From an uncultured Spirochaetota bacterium (GTDB taxonomy: Bacteria; Spirochaetota; Spirochaetia; SZUA-6; CAVTHK01): a stretch of 64,000 bases of DNA. The stretch is from contig CAVTHK010000003.1 of the NCBI GenBank assembly GCA_963734495.1, positions 32,001 to 96,000 of the forward strand, in the 5' to 3' direction. Shown one piece after another: positions 37,681-48,400 of the stretch; position 1 is the stretch's first letter, and every line of letters starts with the position of its first letter. Under the pieces are notes generated by a model, which was given only the letters and a program-made list of their open reading frames with translations, was not told where the DNA came from and did no database searches. Position numbers and translations under genes: made by a program.

Positions 37681-38409
37681 GTGCCATTCGACGTGATCGT
37701 GCTCGCGGGTACGCACCTCGTGCGCCAGCAACTGGGTCACTGCCTCGTTCCGCTCGGCGCGCGCATCCGGGAGTTCGCCGCCGCCGAGGAGCTGCTGCCG
37801 CGCATCGAGTCGCTGCCTGCGGACCTCCTGGTCATGGACGCCGACGGCATGGGCCGCTCGTGGAGGCTGCCGGCGCGCGCGGCGCAGCTGCGCGGGAGCC
37901 CGCCCGTCGTGCTGCTCGGCGCGCGCTTCGGCTTCGATGAGGCGCACGACGCTCTCGCGTTGGGAGTCTCGGCCGTCGTGCTCAAGCCGTTCCGCAGGGA
38001 AGAGCACACCGGGCGGCTCTACGATCTCGTGCTCAAGCACAGGCGGATCAAGCCCCGGCGCTCCGAGCCGCGATTCGTGCTGGACGACGGCGCCCCCGTG
38101 CGACTCGATTACCAGGACCGTGACGGCGAAGGGTCGGGGCTCGTTGCCGAGGCGAACCGCGGCGGCATCAGCGTGGCCGTCGCGAGCGGGCGCGAGGACC
38201 GCCTCCCGGCGGGCTCCTTTGTGCCGGAAGCGACCCTCTCCGTCGGCGACACCGTGGCGCACCTTTCGGCCCACGTCGTCCACCGGGCCGACGACAGGGC
38301 GGGCCTTCGCGTGCACGAATGGGGGGAGGGCAGGCAGAAGATGCTTCGACTCTTCGAAGAGCTCGCGTCCCGCGCCTTCGGCGCGAGGAGGGACAAGAGG
38401 AAATGGTAG
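37681..38409 (+). CDS. Atypical receiver domain plus PilZ-like domain protein
   Basis: DLLVMD...LKPF receiver; RRSEPRF followed by EANRGG. Confidence 0.65.
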   Translation: MPFDVIVLAGTHLVRQQLGHCLVPLGARIREFAAAEELLPRIESLPADLLVMDADGMGRSWRLPARAAQLRGSPPVVLLGARFGFDEAHDALALGVSAVVLKPFRREEHTGRLYDLVLKHRRIKPRRSEPRFVLDDGAPVRLDYQDRDGEGSGLVAEANRGGISVAVASGREDRLPAGSFVPEATLSVGDTVAHLSAHVVHRADDRAGLRVHEWGEGRQKMLRLFEELASRAFGARRDKRKW

Positions 38410-39203
38410 GACTCGTGGCTTTCGTTCCGCCCCTGCTGGCCGCCGCGCTGCTCGTCGCCGAAGTCGCGCTTCCGGGCGACCTCATCGTGCCGCTGGCTTC
38501 GTCGTGGCCGATGTATGTCGGCCTGTCCGCGGCTGTGCTCGCGGCCATCCTCGTCGCGGCCTGGGGCCGGCGGGACAGCGCGGTCCTCGCGAGCGCCTGG
38601 CTCTTCCTCTTCTGCGGCATGATGCTGCTGTCGCTCTCCGAGCTGGTCGAGCTGGTCGGTTTCCGGGGCGACGCCTGGGTGTCCGACCTCTTCGAGACCG
38701 CCGCGTTCTTCCCCCTGCTGATCTTTACGGGATATGTGGCCGCCCCGCTGCGCATCCTCGTCGTCGGCCGCAGGCGCACGGCCCTCTATGCGGTCCTCGC
38801 CATCGTGCTGATCCTCGTCGTCGCTCTGCTCACTCTGGCCCCCTGGCTGAGGCCGGGCCCCGGGGCGCACGGCGGCCCGCGCGTGCTCCGTGTCGTCAAG
38901 CCCGAGCTCGACGCCGTGCTGCTGATGCCGCTGGCGCTCCTGCTGCTCGCGCTCGGCGCCGCGCGTCACGCGGCTCCGTACGTGTTCGTCGGCCTGGGGC
39001 TGCTGGCGATGCTCCCGACCGACCTGCTCAATCACTATCACCTCGCGAACGGCCTGGCGATCGAAGAGGAGCTGGCCGCGCTGCTGTCGCTGGTGTCGCA
39101 GCTCTACGTGCTGATCGGGGCCGTTTCGTGCGCGATGGAGGGCATGCGCCGGGCGCAGCGCCTCGACGACGCGCCGGCGGAACAGCCGGCGCGGCCCCGA
39201 TGA
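38403..39203 (+). CDS. Hypothetical integral membrane protein
   Basis: About seven hydrophobic segments; overlaps both neighbours. Confidence 0.7.
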   Translation: MVGLVAFVPPLLAAALLVAEVALPGDLIVPLASSWPMYVGLSAAVLAAILVAAWGRRDSAVLASAWLFLFCGMMLLSLSELVELVGFRGDAWVSDLFETAAFFPLLIFTGYVAAPLRILVVGRRRTALYAVLAIVLILVVALLTLAPWLRPGPGAHGGPRVLRVVKPELDAVLLMPLALLLLALGAARHAAPYVFVGLGLLAMLPTDLLNHYHLANGLAIEEELAALLSLVSQLYVLIGAVSCAMEGMRRAQRLDDAPAEQPARPR

Positions 39204-40084
39204 TCCTCGCGCTCGCCGCGGCGCTCTGCATCTCCTCGGCGGCGGCGGCTGCCGCCGACGTTTCAGTGGACTTTGCCGAGCTTCTGCATTTCGACGAGGT
39301 CTACCGCGCCGTCCGTCACGAGACGGTCGCGCAGGTCCTCTCGAAGTGGAGCGGCTACTACAGCAGCCTGCAGGTCGTGGAGCTCGCGGCGACGAGGAAC
39401 CGCTACCTCGTCGGCATCGCCGCCGCCACGGGAAACCAGGAAGTCGTGGTGCGCGGCACGGCGAACATCGTGAACGCGCTGTACGATGCCGAAGCCCGCA
39501 TGGAATGGATGCCGGAGCTCGGCATGAGGGTGCACCGCGGGTTCGCGTCCATGGCGCGGGTGATCTACCAGGACCTGCGGCCGCGCCTCGACGGCAGCCG
39601 TCCCCTCGTGCTGTTCGGGCACTCTCTCGGCGCCGCGGAGGCGGTCCTCGTCGGACTGCTGCTCGCGCGCGACGGCTACCCCGTGCGCCGTGTCTACGGC
39701 AGCGGGCAGCCGAAGATCACCGACGCGGAGGGCGCGGCCAGGTACGCCGGCTTTCCCGTGCTCCGTGTCTCATGCGAGCTCGATCCGGTCCCCCTGCTGC
39801 CCCCGCGCCTTGTGGCGCTGGAGCATCCGTACGTGCACTTCGGTCCGGAGATCATCCTCCTCGACGGGCCCTACTACGCCGAATCGCCCGTGCGCCGCGA
39901 GGCGGAAGCGCGCGCCGGCTCTGTCTGGGCCGTGCTCAAGCAGACCGGAGCGCGGGATGCGATCCGGGACCACCTGATCCCCAACTACCTGGACAAGGTC
40001 CGTGGCAAGCAGAGCGGCGCCGTCGAGGTGCCTTACGCGGACCGGCTCCGCTACACGCGGCCCGAAGGCGCGCCGGCCCCGTGA
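39200..40084 (+). CDS. Exported class 3 lipase
   Basis: Signal peptide, VVRGT, VHRGF, GHSLG, GQPK, DPVP, DH. Confidence 0.85.
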   Translation: MILALAAALCISSAAAAAADVSVDFAELLHFDEVYRAVRHETVAQVLSKWSGYYSSLQVVELAATRNRYLVGIAAATGNQEVVVRGTANIVNALYDAEARMEWMPELGMRVHRGFASMARVIYQDLRPRLDGSRPLVLFGHSLGAAEAVLVGLLLARDGYPVRRVYGSGQPKITDAEGAARYAGFPVLRVSCELDPVPLLPPRLVALEHPYVHFGPEIILLDGPYYAESPVRREAEARAGSVWAVLKQTGARDAIRDHLIPNYLDKVRGKQSGAVEVPYADRLRYTRPEGAPAP

Positions 40085-40099
40085 GCGGGTGCGCGCGGG

Positions 40100-41005
40100 T
40101 CACCCGGCGGGCTCCGGCGTCGCGGGCACGAGCAGCACCGGGCACGAGCAGGCCGCGCAGACGCGGCTGCCGACGCTCCCCGCCCAGAACGCGCCCGTTC
40201 CGGCCTTCCCGTGCGTCGCCATCACGACCAGGTCGCTGCGCAGGGAACGCGCGGACTTGAGGATGCGTCTCGCCGGGTCGCCCCGGAGGACGCGCGTCGC
40301 GGCCGCCAGGCCCGCGGCGTTCATTTCGGCCGCCCGCGCGGCCAGGTAATCGCGAGCCTGCGACTCCGACAGATCGAGCACCCGGGCCGCGGTGCCGGGC
40401 AGGAGGCGGCTCGCGGCCCAGCTGCCGCCGCGCAGCGAGCCGAACGTCGGGACAACGGTCAGCAGGTCCATCCTCGCGTCGAACGCCCGCGCCAGCTCGG
40501 CCGCCGAATCGAGAGCCGGCACGTGGGAGGGCTTGCCGTCGAGCGGCACCAGGATGGACCGGCACGCAAAGGGCCCCTTCCAGGCGGGCCGCACCATGAG
40601 CACGGGGACGCGGCCGAGCGCCAGCGACTTCTGCGCGAGGCTTCCGAACAGGGCCTCGCCCACGCCTCTTCGGCCGTGGACGCACATGACGAGCATGTCC
40701 GCGTTCAGCTCGCTGCCGTGCTCCGCGATCCCCCGCGCGACGTTCACCACCTGGCCCGTATCGACGTGGAACCTCACGGTCAGCCCCCCGGGAAAGCGCG
40801 AAGCCGCGAGGCCGGCCAGGTAGCGCTCGGCCGTCTCGGCTGTGTGCAGGTGAGGCTCGCCGTGGATGGTCCGGGGCGGCTCGCGCTCCAGCAGGTGGAG
40901 CAGCGTGACCGACGCCCCGAGCCGCGCCGCGATGGCCGAGGCGAGAGGGAGCGCCGCTTCGGCGGAGTGCGAACCGTCCAGCGGGACGATCAGGTGAGCT
41001 GTCAT
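40100..41005 (-). CDS. Tandem universal stress protein
   Basis: Two IVPLDG...VM..HG..G....GS USP domains. Confidence 0.92.
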   Translation of the reverse strand: MTAHLIVPLDGSHSAEAALPLASAIAARLGASVTLLHLLEREPPRTIHGEPHLHTAETAERYLAGLAASRFPGGLTVRFHVDTGQVVNVARGIAEHGSELNADMLVMCVHGRRGVGEALFGSLAQKSLALGRVPVLMVRPAWKGPFACRSILVPLDGKPSHVPALDSAAELARAFDARMDLLTVVPTFGSLRGGSWAASRLLPGTAARVLDLSESQARDYLAARAAEMNAAGLAAATRVLRGDPARRILKSARSLRSDLVVMATHGKAGTGAFWAGSVGSRVCAACSCPVLLVPATPEPAG

Positions 41006-41010
41006 TCAGT

Positions 41011-42309
41011 CTACCTCCCGGTGATCAGCTGGACGAGCAGAAAGATGTTGAGCGCGATGATCACCGCGGCGACGATCGATGCGATCGCCGTGGTCAGGGG
41101 CCTGTTGCGCAGCGGGCCCATCAGGTCGCGGTTGCTGGTGAACACGACGAGCGGGACGACCGCGAACGGCAGGCCGAAGCTCAGGACGACCTGGCTGATG
41201 ACGAGCGTGCGCGTCGGGTCGAGGCCCGAGGCGATCACCGCGAGGGACGGAGCGACCGTCACGAGGCGGCGCAGCCAGATGGGGATGTGCCGGCGCAGGA
41301 ATCCCTGCATGATCACCTGGCCCGCGCTGGTGCCGACCGTGGACGAGCTCAGGCCGGAGGCCAGCAGCGAGACCGCGAAGATGGCGCTCGAGGCGCGGCC
41401 GAGCAGCGGTTCGAGCGTCTTGTGCGCCTCCTCGATCCCCGCGACGTTTGTCATCCCGCCGGCGTGGAACGTGGCGGCCGCCATCATCAGCATCGCGGCG
41501 TTCACGAGCCCGGCCACGCTCATGGCGATCACGACGTCGACCAGCTCGAAGCGGAAGAGGCGCCGCAGCTGCGGGGCGCCGCTCGTCTTGATGCGGTCCT
41601 GCATGAGCGCAGAGTGCAGGAAGATCGCGTGAGGCATGACGGTCGCGCCGAGGATCCCGGCGGCCAGGATGATGCTCTCGGTGCCGGCAAAGGCAGGCAC
41701 CACCGCGTGGTAGGCGACCTTGCCCCAGTCCGGCCGGTCGAGGATGGTCTCCACGAGATAGGAGAGCGCGATGATGCCCACCAGGACCGTGATCGCGATC
41801 TCCAGGGGCCGGAAGCCCCGGCTCTGCAGGCCCAGGATCAGGAACGTGACGATGGCGGTGAGCAGGCCTCCGAGCCACAGCGGGACGCCGAGCAGCAGGT
41901 TGAACCCGATGGCCGCGCCGAGGAACTCGGCGAGGTCCGTCGCCATGGCCACGGCCTCCATCAGCACCCACATGCCGATGACGACCGGCCGCGGGAAGCT
42001 GATGCGGCACTGCTCGGCGAGGTTCGTCCCGGTCGCGATGCCCAGCTTGGCCGACAGGGTCTGGAGCAGCATCGCCATCAGGTTGCTGGCGACGATGACC
42101 CACAGCAGCGTGTAGCCGAACTCGGAGCCGCCCTGGATGTTCGTGGCGAAGTTGCCGGGGTCGACGTAGGCGACGCTTGCGATAAAGGCTGGGCCGAGAA
42201 AGGGAAGAAGGCGGGCGAGGCCGCGGCGGCCTCCTCCTTCCAGCGCCTGGCGGGCCGCGCTCCTGGTCGCACTGTCAGCCTGGTCAGATGCTCGCTCGTC
42301 CACGGACAC
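41011..42309 (-). CDS. mntH: Nramp-family Mn2+/Fe2+ transporter
   Basis: AYVDPGNFATN, GATVMPHAIFLH. Confidence 0.95.
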   Translation of the reverse strand: MSVDERASDQADSATRSAARQALEGGGRRGLARLLPFLGPAFIASVAYVDPGNFATNIQGGSEFGYTLLWVIVASNLMAMLLQTLSAKLGIATGTNLAEQCRISFPRPVVIGMWVLMEAVAMATDLAEFLGAAIGFNLLLGVPLWLGGLLTAIVTFLILGLQSRGFRPLEIAITVLVGIIALSYLVETILDRPDWGKVAYHAVVPAFAGTESIILAAGILGATVMPHAIFLHSALMQDRIKTSGAPQLRRLFRFELVDVVIAMSVAGLVNAAMLMMAAATFHAGGMTNVAGIEEAHKTLEPLLGRASSAIFAVSLLASGLSSSTVGTSAGQVIMQGFLRRHIPIWLRRLVTVAPSLAVIASGLDPTRTLVISQVVLSFGLPFAVVPLVVFTSNRDLMGPLRNRPLTTAIASIVAAVIIALNIFLLVQLITGR

Positions 42310-42354
42310 GATCCTGGACCCTCGCGGGCACTTCGATCAACGGGTCGGGCGCGG

Positions 42355-43419
42355 TCACTTCGCCCAGCACTGGAGCGGCTGCTGCCGCTTGAGGCACTCG
42401 TTGCAGGAGATGCAGGTCGAGGCCTGAGTCTCGCCCCGCTGCAGGCTGCGCACCAGGCCGGGCTCCCGGATCAACGGGCGGCAGAGCGAGACGAGATCGA
42501 CCCTGCCCGAGCCCACGGCCTCCCGCATCCGGCCGATGGAGCGCCAGCCGTTGACCGAGGCGACCGGGATGCCGAGCGCCGCCTTGAAGGCCTGAGCCTC
42601 CTCGAAGAAGAACCCTTCCTTGTCCGGCCCCGTCGGCCGGCGCATGTTCATCCCGGGCCGCATGCCGCCCGACACCTCGACCGCGTCGAGGCCGAGCGCC
42701 TCGGCCGCCTTTGCCGCCTCGATCGCGTCCGCGACCGCGAGCCCCGCGGGGACGCCGTCGTGCGCGGCGATCTTGAGCAGCAGCGGAAAGCCGCGGCCGA
42801 GGCGGCGCCGGATGCCGGCGACGACGGCCAGAAGCAGGCGGGCGCGGCCGCCGATGCTGCCTCCCCAGCCGTCGGTCCTGCGGTTGGTGAGCGGCGAGAG
42901 CGTCTGGTTCACGAAGTAGCCGTGCGCGCCGTGGATCTGCACGCCGTCCAGCCCCGCCTCGGCGGCGCGGCGGGCGGCCTCGACGTAGCCCTCGACGATC
43001 GCGGCCGCCTCCTCGTCGGTAAAGGCGCGGGCTTCGGGCACGTCCTCCCGCGGCGACGGGGCGAGCAGCGGCCCGCCGCGCAGCCCCTGTCTGACGTTGG
43101 CGCCTCCGAAGTTGATCTGCGCGACCAGCCGCGCCTCGCCGGCGCCGTGAACCGCCGAGGCAAGGCGCGCGAGCCCCGGGATCCTGTCGTCTTCGTCGAT
43201 TCCGAGCATCCCGGGGGAGCACTTGCCGTCGCGCCGCACGTAGGCGTGGCCCGTCACGATCAGCCCGGCGCCGCCGCGTCCGAGCGCGCCGTAGAGCTCC
43301 ACCTGCCGGTCCGTCACTCCGCCGCGTTCGTCGGCCGAGAAGTCGTGGGTCGCCGAGCGCATGACCCTGTTGGAGACGCGCAGCGTCCCGATCCGGATCT
43401 CGGAAAAGAGGTCAGTCAT
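42355..43419 (-). CDS. NADH:flavin oxidoreductase (Old Yellow Enzyme family)
   Basis: NRVMRSAT, GLDGVQIHGAHGY, SPLTNRRTDGWGG, CISCNEC. Confidence 0.92.
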   Translation of the reverse strand: MTDLFSEIRIGTLRVSNRVMRSATHDFSADERGGVTDRQVELYGALGRGGAGLIVTGHAYVRRDGKCSPGMLGIDEDDRIPGLARLASAVHGAGEARLVAQINFGGANVRQGLRGGPLLAPSPREDVPEARAFTDEEAAAIVEGYVEAARRAAEAGLDGVQIHGAHGYFVNQTLSPLTNRRTDGWGGSIGGRARLLLAVVAGIRRRLGRGFPLLLKIAAHDGVPAGLAVADAIEAAKAAEALGLDAVEVSGGMRPGMNMRRPTGPDKEGFFFEEAQAFKAALGIPVASVNGWRSIGRMREAVGSGRVDLVSLCRPLIREPGLVRSLQRGETQASTCISCNECLKRQQPLQCWAK

Positions 43420-43458
43420 CGCGCGGTGAGTATAGCACCGGACGCGCGCCCGTTTCCC

Positions 43459-43527
43459 TTGACGCCCGCAGCGGGCCAAGGTTATCTTGGTGGAAACTAT
43501 GGAAACTAGACGGGTTTCCAAAGTGTC
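43459..43527 (+). promoter_or_regulatory. Promoter and probable TetR operator overlapping the start codons
   Basis: TTGACG-18-TATCTT; inverted repeat GAAACTATGGAAAC-N7-GTTTCCAAAGTGTC (12/14). Confidence 0.65.
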
Positions 43528-44167
43528 GAGGCCTTCGGTCGTCCGGCCGGGCTCGCTGCCCGACGCGCTGCTGGCCCGGGCCGCGGACCTCTTTTTCGAC
43601 CGGGGCTTCGCCTCCGTCACGACCGCGGACGTGGCGTCGGCCGCGGGCATCAGCAAGAAGACGCTCTACCGCCTGTTCCCGACCAAGGAGGCGCTGCTGC
43701 TCGCCGCCGTGCGCCGCGAGATGGAGGCGTTCTCCGCGAGGCTCGATGGAATCATATCCTCGCCGGGCGCGGGCCCGCTCGCGGTCATGCGCGAGTTCCT
43801 GCGGGCGCTCGCGGGGCAGATGGCCCGCGTCGGCAAGGTCCTCGCGAGCGATGTGCGGCGCCTCCCGGCGCTCTGGCAGACGATCGACCGGCTGAGGCAG
43901 GACGTCCTGGTCGGCCGCCTCGGCCGGCTGCTGGAGCGGATGGTCGCCGACGGGATCGTGCGCGACGACATCGACCGCAGGCTGATCACCGAGCTGCACT
44001 TCGTACTGATCCAGAACCTGATCACCCCCCAGCAGATCTTCCGTCTCGAGATGTCTCCCGTCTCGATGCTCGAGGGAGTCGTCAAGATCGTCTACGGGGG
44101 CATTCTCACGGGGCGCGGGCGGCGCGGGATGGCGCGGGAGCTCGCACAGGGAAAGGAAAGCACATGA
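43499..44167 (+). CDS. TetR/AcrR family regulator
   Basis: LFFDRGF..VT.ADVA.AAGISKKTLYR.FPTKE.L. Confidence 0.92.
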   Translation: METRRVSKVSRPSVVRPGSLPDALLARAADLFFDRGFASVTTADVASAAGISKKTLYRLFPTKEALLLAAVRREMEAFSARLDGIISSPGAGPLAVMREFLRALAGQMARVGKVLASDVRRLPALWQTIDRLRQDVLVGRLGRLLERMVADGIVRDDIDRRLITELHFVLIQNLITPQQIFRLEMSPVSMLEGVVKIVYGGILTGRGRRGMARELAQGKEST

Positions 44168-45127
44168 GGATCCTGCTGCTCGCTGCTGCCGCCGTCGCCG
44201 TGCTCGCCGCGTGCCGTCCGGAGGACGGCAGCATCGGCGGATCGGGCACTCTGGAGGCCACCGAGGTGAGGGTGGCGAGCGAGGTCGGCGGCCGCGTGGC
44301 CTCCCTGTCCGTCCGCGAGGGCGACCGGGTGCAGAGGGGCCAGGTGATCGCGCGGCTCGACGACACCGACCTGCGCCTCGCGAGCGATCAGGCCCGCGCC
44401 GCCGCGGACCTGGCCCGGGCGCAGCTCGACCTGACGCTCAAGGGCGCGCGCGAGGAGGACATCACCCAGGCCGTGGAGAACTTGGCGCAGGCCGACGAGA
44501 ACGCGAAGCGCGCCGGCGAGGACCTCGCGCGGATGCGCGACCTGTTCGCCGGCGGCAGCGTCACGCAGAAGCAGCGCGACGACGCCGAGACGCGCGCGAC
44601 GGTGGCGGCCGCCCAGGCCCGGGCGCGCGCGGGCTGCACTGGACAAGCTCCGCACGCTCGTGCGTCCCGAGGAGGTCCGCGCGGCCCGCGCGCGGCTGGA
44701 CCAGGCCGACGCCGCGCTGCGTCTGGCCGAGCGGCGGGTCGGCCAGGCCGCGGTCGAAGCCCCGATGGACGGCGTGGTGGCCAAGCGCGTCGTGGAGGAG
44801 GGCGAGATCGCCGCGCCCGGCTTCCCGCTGGCCACGATCGACGACCTCTCCGTCGTGCGCCTGGTCGTGTACGTGCCGGAGCCCGACCTCTCGCGCGTGC
44901 GGCTCGGGGCGGAGGCGCAGGTGAGCGTCGACGGGCTCGAAGGCCGGACCTTCGGGGGACGGGTCACCTTCATCTCGCCGGAGGCCGAGTTCACGCCCCG
45001 CAACGTCCAGACCAAGGAAGAGCGCGCCAAGCTGGTCTTCGCGGTCAAGATCGAGCTCCCCAACCCCGACGGCCTGCTCAAGCCGGGAATGCCGGCGGAC
45101 GCCCGCATCGCGGGGGCAGGGCGATGA
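44164..45127 (+). CDS. HlyD/YbhG-like membrane fusion protein (frameshift ~44632)
   Basis: Lipobox LAAC, V.EGDRV.RGQ, AEFTPRNVQT.EER, LKPGMPA. Confidence 0.9.
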
Positions 45128-46111
45128 GCGACCCCGACGGGCGGCCCGCGCGCGGCGGCCGCCCGGCCGTCGAGATCGACGACGTGTCCCGCAGCTACGG
45201 CGAAGCGACAGCACTGCGGGGCCTCACGCTGGAGCTCGACGAGGGCCTGAGCCTGGCGCTCGTCGGTCCGGACGGCGCGGGCAAGACCACGCTCTTCCGC
45301 CTGCTGACCGGCCTCGCTGCCCGCCGAGCTCCGGGAGGCTCCGCGTGCTCGGGCTCGACCCGCGGAGCGAGGGGGCGCGGCTGCGCCCGCTCCTCGGCTA
45401 CCTCTCGCAGGGCTTCAGCCTCTACGGCGACCTCACGGTCGGACGAGAACATGCAGTTCTTCGCGGAGATTCACGGCGTCCGCGGCTACCGCGCCCGCCG
45501 CGACGAGCTGCTCGAGCGCATGAACCTGGTCGAGTTCCGCCGCAGGCTCGCCGAGCGCCTCTCGGGAGGGATGAAGCAGAAGCTCGCCCTCGCCTGCGCG
45601 CTCGTCCACTCGCCGCGGCTCCTGCTCCTCGACGAGCCCACGACCGGAGTCGACCCGGTGTCGCGGCGCGAGTTCTGGCTGCTGCTGAGCGAGCTGCGCG
45701 TGCGAGGGCATGGCGATGGTGCTGGCCACGCCCTACCTCGACGAGGCCGAGCGCTGCGACCGGGTGGCGCTGCTGAACAGGGGCGAGCTGCTCGCGAGCG
45801 GCCGCCCGCTCGAGCTCACGTCGGCCCTGGCCTCCCGCTTTGTCGAGGCGGTCTGCCGGGAGCCGCGCCGGGCCAGGCGCGAGCTGCTGGCCGCGGGATG
45901 GCGGGACGTGCAGCTCTTCGGGGACCGCGTGCACGTGGCCGTGAGCGACGCGGACCGCGAGCTGCCCGGGATCCGCGAGCGGCTGGAGGCTGCCGGCGTG
46001 GGGGTCTCGTCCGCGCGCGTCGTCGCCACGAGGCTGGAGAACGTGTTCGTGAGCCGGCTCACGGGGGCATCCGCGCCCGAAGCCGGAGCGTCCGGTCGAG
46101 GAGGGGCTTAA
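45124..46111 (+). CDS. ABC transporter ATP-binding protein (frameshifted)
   Basis: GPDGAGKTT, LSGGMKQKL, LLDEPTTGVDPVSR. Confidence 0.88.
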
Positions 46112-47467
46112 GTGAATCTCCGGTTCCTTCGCCTGTGCATGCTGCTCGCCGCGGCTTCCGCCTGGGCCGGGGACGAGCTTCCCGCCTCCCTCGACGCGTG
46201 CCTGGACCTCGGCCTGCGCGCGCACCCCAACTTGCGCGCGGCGCGGCTCGCCCTGGACGCGGCCGACGCGGCAGTGGGCGAAGCGCGCGCGGCGCAGCTG
46301 CCCGCCCTCGTGCTGAGCGGCTCGGCCACGCGGTTCAGCGACGAAGACACCGGCACTCTCGCCACGCCCTTCGGCCCGGTCGCGCTCGCGCCCTGGATCC
46401 AGGATCGCTTCTCCATGGGCGCCAGCCTTCGCCAGAACCTCTTCTCGGGGTTCGCGGTGCGGTCCCGGATACAGGCGGCCGCCGCCGCAAAGGAGGCGGC
46501 GCGGCGCGACCTCGCCGCGGAGACCGGCCGCATCGCCTACGAGATCGAGGCCGCATGGTGGGGGCTCGCCGCGGCCGTCGAGGCGCGCGGAGTCGTCGAG
46601 GAGAGCCGCCGTCTTCTGCGGGTCCACGTGTCCGAGACCGAGCAGTTCCTCTCGCAGGGGCTCGCCACGCGCGAGGAGCTGCTGCGCGTCCAGAGCGAGC
46701 TGGCCGCGGCCGAGCTGCGCGTGACCGAGGCGGCCAGCACCGAGCGCCTCGCGCGATCCCGGCTGGCCCTGATGGTCGGCCTGGGCCGCGACGCCTCGGG
46801 CGGCCCGACCTCCGTGCCGGCGGTGCCCGATCCCGCGGCGGCCGTCGAGCGGCTCGGTCCGCTGGACTCGCTGGTGGCCGGGGCCCTCGGCGACCGCGCC
46901 GAGCTCGCGGCCATGGACGAGCGGATCCGCGCCGCCTCGGCGGCGGCCACAGGCGCCCGCTCCGGCTTCTTCCCGAGCGTGTCCCTCGACGGCGCTCTCG
47001 TCTGGGCGCGGCCCAACCCGCTGCTCTTCCCGCCGCAGGACCGCTTCGACGCGACCTGGCAGATCGGCGTGTCGGCCTCGGTGAACGTGGGCGGATACGG
47101 GGCGGTCGAGCGGAGGGTCCGCGGGGCGGAGCTGGAAAAGGAGCGCCTCGCCGCGCAGCGCGACGGCCGCGCGACGCAGGTCACGCTCGAGGTCGCCGAG
47201 AGCTACGAGACGGTGCGGCGCGCGGCCGAGCGCATCGTGAGCGCGCGGGCGGCGGCGGCGCGGTCGGACGAGGCGCTGCGCGTCGTCCGCGACAAGCGCG
47301 CGGCCGGCCTCGCCCGCGCGACGGACCTGCTCGACGCGGAGCTCGATCTCATGCGCGCGCGGCTGGACGGGAGCCGCGCCGCGATGGACCTCCGCGTGGG
47401 GCTGGCCGCGCTGCGGCGCGCCGTGGGCGGCGGGCCGCCGGCACCCGCAACGGAGGCCGCGCGGTGA
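46112..47467 (+). CDS. TolC-family outer-membrane efflux protein
   Basis: Signal peptide, two OEP repeats (AQLPAL.L, GFFPSVSL, GLA...DLLDA). Confidence 0.88.
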   Translation: MNLRFLRLCMLLAAASAWAGDELPASLDACLDLGLRAHPNLRAARLALDAADAAVGEARAAQLPALVLSGSATRFSDEDTGTLATPFGPVALAPWIQDRFSMGASLRQNLFSGFAVRSRIQAAAAAKEAARRDLAAETGRIAYEIEAAWWGLAAAVEARGVVEESRRLLRVHVSETEQFLSQGLATREELLRVQSELAAAELRVTEAASTERLARSRLALMVGLGRDASGGPTSVPAVPDPAAAVERLGPLDSLVAGALGDRAELAAMDERIRAASAAATGARSGFFPSVSLDGALVWARPNPLLFPPQDRFDATWQIGVSASVNVGGYGAVERRVRGAELEKERLAAQRDGRATQVTLEVAESYETVRRAAERIVSARAAAARSDEALRVVRDKRAAGLARATDLLDAELDLMRARLDGSRAAMDLRVGLAALRRAVGGGPPAPATEAAR

Positions 47468-48397
47468 GCGAGGTGCGGCCGCCCGCTCCCGCGGCCATCG
47501 CGGCGGCGGGGCTCACGCGCCGGTTCGGGCCCTTCGTGGCCGTGGATGCGGTCGACCTGTCGGTCCCCCGCGGCGCGGTCTTCGGCCTGCTCGGCGCCAA
47601 CGGCGCCGGCAAATCGACGCTGATCCGCATCTTCTGCGGCCTGCTGCTGCCTTCGCAGGGGACCGCGACGGTCGCCGGCATCGACGTGGCCCGCGACCCG
47701 GAGCGGGTCAAAGCCCGGATCGGCTACATGTCGCAGCGCTTCTCGCTGTACCTCGACCTGACGGCGCGCGAAAACCTCGCGTTCTTCGGCGGCGTGTACG
47801 GGCTGAAGAACTCACGGCTCGCGGAGCGGATCGCGTGGGCGATCGAGAGGACCGGGCTCGGCCGCGACGCCGATCGGACCGCCGGCAGCCTCCCGCTGGG
47901 CTGGAAACAGCGCCTCGCGCTCGCCTGCGCCCTGCTGCACGAGCCGGAGATCCTCTTTCTCGACGAGCCGACCTCGGGAGTCGATCCGCTGGCGCGCCGC
48001 GCCTTCTGGGACGAGATCGACGGCTTGTCCGAAGAGGGGCGCACCGTCGTGGTGACCACGCACGTCCTCGAGGAAGCCGAGTACTGCCACAGGGTCGCCC
48101 TGATGCACCGGGGACGGATCGTCGCCGAGGGCACGCCGTCCGACCTCAAGCGTTCGGTCCCCGGAGTCTTCGAGGTCGATTGCGAAGATCCCCTCGGCGC
48201 GCTCAAGCTGATCCGCAGGCTGGCGGCCGGCAGCGCGGCGCTGTTCGCCGGGGGGCTCCACGTCACGCCCGCGCAAGGGCGTGTCCATCGACGACATCGT
48301 CGAGCGGCTGCGGGCGTCCGGGGCCGCCGTGCGCTCGGTGCGGGCCGCCGAGCCCGGCCTCGAGGACGTGTTCGTGCGGCTGGTCGAAGGAGCGTGA
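47464..48397 (+). CDS. ABC transporter ATP-binding protein (frameshift ~48272)
   Basis: GANGAGKST, GYMSQRFSLY, LPLGWKQR, FLDEPTSGVDP. Confidence 0.9.
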
Positions 48398-48400
48398 TCC

